Assembly: GCA_021399345.1 (NCBI GenBank)
Contig: JAAFKI010000094.1
Span: forward strand, 32,001-96,000
Direction of reading: 5' to 3'
Length of the DNA stretch: 64,000 bases
Origin: Candidatus Heimdallarchaeota archaeon
Lineage (GTDB): Archaea; Asgardarchaeota; Heimdallarchaeia; Heimdallarchaeales; Heimdallarchaeaceae
Made by a program: the position numbers and the translations under genes
Shown: piece after piece, positions 57,670 through 64,000 of the stretch
Layout of the letters: every line of letters begins with the position of its first letter
Position numbering within the stretch: position 1 is the first letter of the stretch
Notes under the pieces: generated by a model
Seen by the model: the letters and a program-made list of their open reading frames with translations, nothing else
Told to the model about the DNA's origin: nothing
Databases searched by the model: none

Positions 57670-58749
57670 TCAAGCAACTTTGTATGTCCAGTTATATTCA
57701 TCTTGAACTTTACCTGTTTGAATACCTACTAGCTCATCATAAAGCCGTTGAGTAATATCCCCAACTTCATCGTCATTAATTACATATTCCTGATCTTTGT
57801 AGAATATTTTACCAATAGGAGTAATTGATGCAGCAGTTCCTACAAAAAATGCTTCTGAACAAGCTCCATCTTTAATTTGATTGACAAGGATATTTATGTC
57901 AATGCTTTCTTCATGTGTTCTATAACCCATCTTGTTTGCTAATTCAATGACAGATCTTCTTGTTATACCATTAAGGATTGTTCCGTCTAATATAGGAGTG
58001 TAAATTTCTCCATCAATAACAAACATAATATTCATTCCACTACCTTCCTCAACATACTTTCTTTCTATTGCATCAAGCCAGATAACCATTGGATAACCCA
58101 GCTCTTTTGCTTTTTTAGTTTCATAAAGAGTTGCAGCATAATTCCCACCTGTTTTAGCTTCACCTGTTCCACCAGGAGTAGCTCTAACATTTTCAACTGC
58201 TACATATGCTTTAGTAGGCTGAAAACCATCCTTGAAAAAAGGTCCTACAGCAGCTAAAATTACATAGAAATAAAATTCGTCACTTGGTCTTAGACCAATG
58301 AAGGTTTCTGAAGCAATCATTGTTGGTCGGATATACAAGGAAGTTCCTGGTGAATTTGGAACCCATTCATTGTCTACTCTAATCAACTCGGTTATAGCTT
58401 TAACAAAAAGATCTTTGTTAATTTTAGGCATGCACATTCGTTCAGCTGAAAAATTCATCCGTTCTGCATTTTCATAAGGTCTAAACATATGTATTGACCC
58501 ATCTGGATGACGAAATGCTTTCATTCCTTCAAAAATTTCTTGACTATAATGCAAAACTGAACATGCTGGATCCATCTCAAATGGTTGATAAGGGATAATT
58601 CTTGGATCTTGCCACTTACCCTCTTTAAAGTGCATGAAAAACATATGATCAGTAAAATCTTTTCCAAAGGTTAAACTAGAATCTTCATGTTTTTGTTTTC
58701 TCTCTTTTTCTTTACATAAAAGAATTGGAATATCCATAAATTCACTCAT
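57670..58749 (-). CDS. ilvE: branched-chain amino acid aminotransferase
   Basis: FTDHMF, LHYSQEIFEGMKA, LYIRP, AKTGGNYA and ILNGITR. Confidence 0.95.
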   Translation of the reverse strand: MSEFMDIPILLCKEKERKQKHEDSSLTFGKDFTDHMFFMHFKEGKWQDPRIIPYQPFEMDPACSVLHYSQEIFEGMKAFRHPDGSIHMFRPYENAERMNFSAERMCMPKINKDLFVKAITELIRVDNEWVPNSPGTSLYIRPTMIASETFIGLRPSDEFYFYVILAAVGPFFKDGFQPTKAYVAVENVRATPGGTGEAKTGGNYAATLYETKKAKELGYPMVIWLDAIERKYVEEGSGMNIMFVIDGEIYTPILDGTILNGITRRSVIELANKMGYRTHEESIDINILVNQIKDGACSEAFFVGTAASITPIGKIFYKDQEYVINDDEVGDITQRLYDELVGIQTGKVQDEYNWTYKVA

Positions 58750-58827
58750 TGTAGCGTTAAAATAGATGATTAGTTTAAAAGATTTGTCGATGAACCTTAA
58801 TCAAGAATATAAATAGAGTGTAACTAA

Positions 58828-59841
58828 CTATTTCTTCTTTCTAATTTCCATCAAATCAGTGTAATGTTGTCTCATTGTCTTTCTAGATGGCCAAAGCCTC
58901 AAAGATCTTGCAATAAAATACCTTCCTCCCCGTAGTAGAATCACATCAGGCTTTAGCATTGGTGCCCAGATATGAGCAATCTCGAAAGAAATGGATGCTT
59001 TTAATGATTGCTTAAATTTGGTTTTATTTATCTTGACTTTGTTCTTTTCTAGTTCATCAAAATAAATATCTTGTAATTCTTCTAGAGTAAATGGTCTTTC
59101 TGAAAATCTTACTCTAAAACCTTCTGCATGAATTGGCAAGAAATCATAGAAATGGACAAAATCCAATGCTGGAGAAGCTATCATACTCTCTTGCCAATCT
59201 AGTAGATAAGTCTGTGTAGATGTTTGAAGAAAGTTATATGTCCATGTTCCACCATGAACTAGAGTTCTTCCAGCAGCTAAAAATCTTACTAAGAAATCTT
59301 TGGAGTTGATGTCTTTTCTAACAGTTTCAAGATCTGTTTTTGTTAGAGGTGTTTTACCTTTATGACTTTCTGTAATCTTTAGTGCTTTCTTAATATTATT
59401 TTGAAGTTTTCTCTTGATATCCATCCAATTTTCTTCATTAACATTGGGAAGATTTTCTAATGTATCAAGTATGGGGTCGTTATAGAATTTTGAATTAATC
59501 TTTGCAACTTCCCGTAGAGCAGCTTCAATATTATTTTTTTTCCAATTTTTTGGATGGATATTTTTAGGAATTTTTTCTAGCAATATCCAAGGAATTTCGC
59601 TTGTTTTAGAAATGGCAATTATCTTTGGAACTGGAAGCTTATACTTCTTAGCTAAACTCGAGTAAATAATCCATTCTTCTTTTGTAGTATTTTGCTTAAG
59701 AATACCTTCTTTTTCTTTACCCCAAGAAATTTCAGTCACCTTGGCAGTAGAAGTTCCTGCTAGTTCTCTTCGAAATCTTATTTGATCTGAGGATGTCTTA
59801 AGTTTTTGAGCTACCTCATCTAAAATGGAAAGATTACTCAA
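58828..59841 (-). CDS. aminoglycoside/choline phosphotransferase-fold protein (HGD motif altered to HGG)
   Basis: ILK, LPVPKI, WILLE and TLVHGGTWTYNFL..LLDWQ...PALDF. Confidence 0.78.
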   Translation of the reverse strand: MSNLSILDEVAQKLKTSSDQIRFRRELAGTSTAKVTEISWGKEKEGILKQNTTKEEWIIYSSLAKKYKLPVPKIIAISKTSEIPWILLEKIPKNIHPKNWKKNNIEAALREVAKINSKFYNDPILDTLENLPNVNEENWMDIKRKLQNNIKKALKITESHKGKTPLTKTDLETVRKDINSKDFLVRFLAAGRTLVHGGTWTYNFLQTSTQTYLLDWQESMIASPALDFVHFYDFLPIHAEGFRVRFSERPFTLEELQDIYFDELEKNKVKINKTKFKQSLKASISFEIAHIWAPMLKPDVILLRGGRYFIARSLRLWPSRKTMRQHYTDLMEIRKKK

Positions 59842-59968
59842 TCAATCACCGGTTAAATGTTCTTGTTCATTACTCTTTTTAACTATTTCTGCTAAAAATT
59901 CTGTTAGTTTTGGCTCAGTAGCAAGTGATTGTTTATAAATAAGTTTAGTTTCACTTAAGCTGTTAGAG

Positions 59969-60898
59969 GTGTTTCTTATGGGTAAACATGTAGTTTCTGT
60001 ATCATTAGGTTCTTCAACAAGAGATTATAAGCGCGAATATACTCTAGGGGATGAAGTTGTCATTGTTGAACGAATCGGAACCGATGGAGATATGAAAAAA
60101 TACAAGGAATTGATTGAGAGTTTAGATGGCAAAGTTGATGCTTTTGGAGTCGGGGGAGCTGACTTGTATTTAGTTAGAGGAGAAAAAAAGTATAAGATCA
60201 GAGATGTTTGGAAGAAATTAATTAAAAATGTTAAAGATACACCTATTGTAGATGGAGGAGGGATAAAAAGTACTTTGGAGGGGAGAATTATGCAGTTTGC
60301 TGAAGAAAAACTTCCTGAAGAAGTAGAAGAAAGCAGAGCAACTTTAGTGACTGCTGCAGTAGATCGCTGGTATCAAGCAGAAAGTGCATGGGAATTTGTT
60401 GGAAGAAAAAGGAAACTAATTACATTTGGAGATTTATTGTGGGGATTTAAGTTAGGTATTCCTTTGCACACTATAAAAAGTGTAAATAGAATAGGAATTG
60501 TTCTCTTACCAATTGTCAGCAGACTACCTTTTAGTTGGATTTATCCAACAGGTGAAAAACAAGAACTACATAGTCCATCATTCACCAAATATTTTAAGAA
60601 AGCAAAGTGGGTTGTCGGAGATTTTCTTTTCATTAAAAGACATATGCCCCTTGATGGAATGAAGAACAAAGTTGTTATAACCAATACAACAACCGCATCT
60701 GATGTTGACCAATTGAGAGAGATAGGCGTTAAATATATTATTACTTCTACACCAAGAGTAGGAGGACGATCTTTTGGAACTAATGCCTTAGAAGCAGCTA
60801 TTGTTGCAATTAGTGGAGAAAAAAGAGAATTAACAACAGACGAATATGAGGAATTTCTAAAGAAATTTAGTATAGAGCCAATTCTACAGAAGTTATAA
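59969..60898 (+). CDS. uncharacterised protein of the family often auto-annotated 'quinate 5-dehydrogenase'
   Basis: VVSVSLGSSTRD, ERIGTDGD, PIVDGGGIK, IYPTGEKQ, TNTTT and GRSFGTNALEA, recognised from memory. Confidence 0.7.
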   Translation: MFLMGKHVVSVSLGSSTRDYKREYTLGDEVVIVERIGTDGDMKKYKELIESLDGKVDAFGVGGADLYLVRGEKKYKIRDVWKKLIKNVKDTPIVDGGGIKSTLEGRIMQFAEEKLPEEVEESRATLVTAAVDRWYQAESAWEFVGRKRKLITFGDLLWGFKLGIPLHTIKSVNRIGIVLLPIVSRLPFSWIYPTGEKQELHSPSFTKYFKKAKWVVGDFLFIKRHMPLDGMKNKVVITNTTTASDVDQLREIGVKYIITSTPRVGGRSFGTNALEAAIVAISGEKRELTTDEYEEFLKKFSIEPILQKL

Positions 60899-60912
60899 GG
60901 TTAGGTGCTATA

Positions 60913-61728
60913 ATGGAAAAATATAATGCAATAATCTTAGCAGGATATACTGAAAGAGATAATGTTATTTGTGAGATGGAAAATGTTCCTAAAAAGGGGT
61001 TAGTCAAACTAGGAGAGAAGATTTTTCTAGAAAGAATCGTAAAGGTAATTTTAAAATGTGAAAAGATTGGAGATATTTACATAAGTGGCATGTCTGAAGA
61101 TGAATGGAAAACTGATCTACCAGTGATTTTCAATGAAGATACAAGTAATATGTTCAGAAAGGTTGTCAACATTTATGATAAATTTATTGTTAAAAAAGAA
61201 ACTTACTCAGAAATAGTTATTCTCCTTGCCAGTGATATTCCTTTGATAACTCCTGAGATATTGACAAGAGCTATTGAAAAATGCGAAGCAGTTTCAGGTG
61301 AAGGCTTAGATGGTGTTTTTTACTATTCTATTGTTCCAAGAGAATTTATGGAAGCGAAATTTCCTAATTCAAACAGGACCTATGCTAAATTTAAAAACAA
61401 ATTCCAAGTTTGCGGAGCGGATATCTCTATGTTCAATGTAAGAAAAATGCTGAATTATGAAAAACTCATGGATGATTTAACAGATAAACGAAAGAATGTA
61501 CTATCACAACTAATTGTTCTTAATCCTTTTCTAGTTGTCCGATTTTTACTCAATAGATTAACTCTAGATAAATTTATGAAATCAATTAATAGAAGGGTGT
61601 TTAAGGTTAAGGATGGCGTTCATGCTGTCATAAATGAAGATGCAGAAATAGCAATGGATGTGGATAAACCTCATCAACTAGAGGAAGTTAGAAGATATTA
61701 CAATGAGAATAAAGATATCTATGATTAG
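60913..61728 (+). CDS. MobA-like nucleotidyltransferase (NTP_transf_3 fold)
   Basis: AIILAG, KKGLV, SDIPL, RTYAK and AMDVDKP. Confidence 0.85.
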   Translation: MEKYNAIILAGYTERDNVICEMENVPKKGLVKLGEKIFLERIVKVILKCEKIGDIYISGMSEDEWKTDLPVIFNEDTSNMFRKVVNIYDKFIVKKETYSEIVILLASDIPLITPEILTRAIEKCEAVSGEGLDGVFYYSIVPREFMEAKFPNSNRTYAKFKNKFQVCGADISMFNVRKMLNYEKLMDDLTDKRKNVLSQLIVLNPFLVVRFLLNRLTLDKFMKSINRRVFKVKDGVHAVINEDAEIAMDVDKPHQLEEVRRYYNENKDIYD

Positions 61729-61782
61729 AAGGTCTAATGCAGTAATGTTTATACTTAAATACAATTTTGAAAGGTAATTTTT

Positions 61783-62349
61783 ATGGTAGAGCTATTCAAG
61801 AAAATGGATGAATGGGATAAGAAAATATCTAAAAGAATAGCTCAAAAATCTCAAAAGAATCTCAAGATAGCAAGTTTTTTTGCTCTTTCTGGGAATGCAC
61901 AACCTTGGTTTGTAATTTCAATCTTATTTTTCTTTTTAGATGTCTTTATGGAAAGGTCAGATAATCTAATTCAGATGACGTTAGCTGGAGCTGTTGGACT
62001 AACTACTACTACTATAAAATACCTTACTAAACGAAAAAGACCCAATGAACAAGTAGCTCTAAAATACATCGCAACTGGAGATCATTTTAGTTTTCCAAGT
62101 GGTCATGCTTCAAGAATGGGAAGCTTAGCAATGTTTATGACACTTATTTTCCCAACATTTGGTTGGATTTTCATTCTATGGGCAATAGCTGTTTGTTTCG
62201 GAAGAATAGCATTAGAAGTACATTATTTTGGGGATATTGTAGGAGGAGTAATTTTGGGGGCAATTATAGGAGTAATTTTTTATGCACTTAGAAATTACTT
62301 TTACATCATTTTTGATCCAGTATCAAACTGGATTCCAACAATATTGTGA
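61783..62349 (+). CDS. PAP2-family membrane phosphatase
   Basis: KYLTKRKRP, SFPSGH and GRIALEVHYFGD. Confidence 0.92.
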   Translation: MVELFKKMDEWDKKISKRIAQKSQKNLKIASFFALSGNAQPWFVISILFFFLDVFMERSDNLIQMTLAGAVGLTTTTIKYLTKRKRPNEQVALKYIATGDHFSFPSGHASRMGSLAMFMTLIFPTFGWIFILWAIAVCFGRIALEVHYFGDIVGGVILGAIIGVIFYALRNYFYIIFDPVSNWIPTIL

Positions 62350-62403
62350 GTAAAGCTTTATTAGTGTTTGATTCAATAATATTATGCTTAGACGCCAAAG
62401 AGA

Positions 62404-63681
62404 GTGATTAGGATATCCTTCATTAAGAACAAAATTCTCTTGATATTCATATCTACATTAGTGGTGAGTGGAATTGTAACTAGTACGATTTTATTTACAG
62501 TTTACTTTCCATCTAAAAGAGAGTATAAAAAACATAATCCAATTATCATATTGAATGATCAAGAATTTGAGAATTATCGTTTTTCAGGATCAGGAGAAGA
62601 GAATGATCCTTACATAATTGAGGGTCTGGATATCAATTCTAGCATAGAAGAAGCTATAAGAATACAAGGTACAACAAGATATTTTGAAATAAAGAATTGT
62701 AAACTTGAATCTAATGAAACAGCAGTTTACATCAACTCTGCTGCTCAAGGAACTGTACATATAAAAGACAATGTTATTGTAAAGGGATCTATTTCTGTAA
62801 CAGGAAGTGATAAAGCAATTATAGAAAACAATGTTATGTTTGAGGGAAGTTGGTACGTAATTGGGTTGGTAGATAGTGTTCTTTCTCTGATTCGAAATAA
62901 TACAATCTTAAATAATAATATTGGAGTATTTTTGGTAGATACAAGCTATATTATTATTGAAGAAAATTATATCTATTCAGAGCAAGTTATAGAACAAAAC
63001 TTAGGCTTTCTTGACTTTGGTAATGTAGGAATTTTATCACAAGGAGTGTATAATACAATTAGAAATAACACAATACTCCGACAAGATCTGGGTTTGTACC
63101 AGAAGGGAAGCTACTCCTCAATTACAAATAATAGTGTTAGAGAATGTTCAGAAGGAATTCATACTCGAGATATGATCGCTTCAAATATAACTGATAACAA
63201 AATTATTAATAACACTGCAATTGGGATGCATATTTTCCATACAGGATATACCAATGTTTATCATAATTATTTTGAAGGAAACAACATTAGTTTACAGATT
63301 TCTGAAAGTTACTTGAATTATGCTGCAAACAATTCCTTCTTTTTCAATACGATAGGTTTAGAAATAAAAGTATATTGTCCTGCATGTTTGGGTTATATTA
63401 ATTCATATAATAACACTGTCAAATTCAATCTTTTTCAAAATAACACATTATATGGAGTAAAGAATAGTTGGTTAAGCAAATACTCAAAAATATATCTAAA
63501 TTCATTCTATTTCAACAATTTATCTGGGACATCTCAAGCCTATGATGAAGGAAAATACAGTGAATGGTCAGATTTATTTTCTTCAGGAAATTTCTATAAC
63601 GACTGGACCTCAGGAGACTATATTATTGATGGGAATAGTAATTCTACTGATTCCTATCCATTATCAGTTCCACCAGTTTAA
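62404..63681 (+). CDS. right-handed beta-helix (NosD/CASH-repeat) surface protein with N-terminal anchor
   Basis: N-terminal TM, GSGEENDPYIIEGL, Asn-rich repeats, and SQAYDEG...DSYPL. Confidence 0.82.
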   Translation: MIRISFIKNKILLIFISTLVVSGIVTSTILFTVYFPSKREYKKHNPIIILNDQEFENYRFSGSGEENDPYIIEGLDINSSIEEAIRIQGTTRYFEIKNCKLESNETAVYINSAAQGTVHIKDNVIVKGSISVTGSDKAIIENNVMFEGSWYVIGLVDSVLSLIRNNTILNNNIGVFLVDTSYIIIEENYIYSEQVIEQNLGFLDFGNVGILSQGVYNTIRNNTILRQDLGLYQKGSYSSITNNSVRECSEGIHTRDMIASNITDNKIINNTAIGMHIFHTGYTNVYHNYFEGNNISLQISESYLNYAANNSFFFNTIGLEIKVYCPACLGYINSYNNTVKFNLFQNNTLYGVKNSWLSKYSKIYLNSFYFNNLSGTSQAYDEGKYSEWSDLFSSGNFYNDWTSGDYIIDGNSNSTDSYPLSVPPV

Positions 63682-63743
63682 GAATGGAATTAGAACTTCT
63701 TATCATTGAAAAAGGTTAAATTGTAGTAATTTTTGTCTTCCTC

Positions 63744-64000
63744 ATGACAGAGAAGCACAAGATTGATCCATGGGAAATGGCAGTTAAGCAGTTAGAGAAA
63801 ATGGGTGAGATTCTCAAGATTGATGAGAACATAATCAAAATATTAAAGCACCCTATCAGAATCATTGAGACCAACTTCCCAGTAGTTATGGACGATGGAA
63901 GGCTCGAAATATTCACTGGATTTCGTGTTCATCATAATGAAAACCTACCAACTAAAGGTGGAATCAGATTTAGTCCAGAAGTTACTAAAGAAGAAGTTAT
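63744..64000 (+). CDS. gdhA: Glu/Leu/Phe/Val dehydrogenase, probably glutamate dehydrogenase (3' truncated by window edge; not in the ORF track)
   Basis: Hand translation gives [17 protein letters not shown]...[37 protein letters not shown]. Confidence 0.9.
   Translation, partial: MTEKHKIDPWEMAVKQLEKMGEILKIDENIIKILKHPIRIIETNFPVVMDDGRLEIFTGFRVHHNENLPTKGGIRFSPEVTKEEV

Noticed and set aside
670-63916. Numerous short ORFs in the track that are antisense to or overlap real genes (e.g. 670-933, 9357-9584, 29162-29473, 47866-48213, 63716-63916)
   Set aside because: They are shadows of well-supported genes on the opposite strand or in another frame. The similarity between 29162-29473 and 31151-31381 simply mirrors the hdrA duplication.
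1-64000. rRNA, tRNA, CRISPR arrays, transposases/integrases, defence systems
   Set aside because: No GC-rich structured RNA segments, regular repeat-spacer arrays or recombinase motifs were seen by eye. The MazG-like gene has housekeeping context. tRNAscan/Infernal would be needed to exclude small RNAs.

Overview
AT-rich, gene-dense archaeal chromosomal segment. It is most likely from an Asgard archaeon, probably Heimdallarchaeia-like. That assignment is inferred from a two-domain gelsolin, a stand-alone longin-like protein, beta-helix surface proteins and many C-terminal zinc-ribbon proteins. The centre (18.3-37.2 kb) is an energy-metabolism island. A group 3b sulfhydrogenase-type operon (hydBGDA plus protease) sits back-to-back with a long operon, mvhG-mvhA-flxD-flxC-flxB-flxA-hdrA-hdrL-protease-mvhD, which has no hdrB/hdrC and is followed by a CoA-disulfide reductase-rhodanese fusion. 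The flanks carry transporters (MMPL, ECF, MFS/GPH, FtsX-type ABC), catabolic enzymes (GH38, acyl-CoA ligase, IlvE, start of GdhA) and two decayed genes. Best candidates for undescribed systems: (1) a TrmB regulator with a PH/GRAM-like C-terminus, divergent from a multi-domain membrane protein, with three copies of an 18-bp palindrome (TWACTAY-N4-GTRGTWA) between them; (2) the HdrBC-less Mvh-Flx-HdrA-HdrL complex; (3) a coupled pair of a wHTH/Zn-ribbon protein and a CorA-architecture membrane protein lacking GMN; (4) a threonine-synthase-like pseudoenzyme (Lys->Arg) fused to a wHTH; (5) a protein with a PARP-type zinc finger. No rRNA, tRNA, CRISPR array or transposase was recognised. All assignments come from motif reading by eye, and no searches were run.
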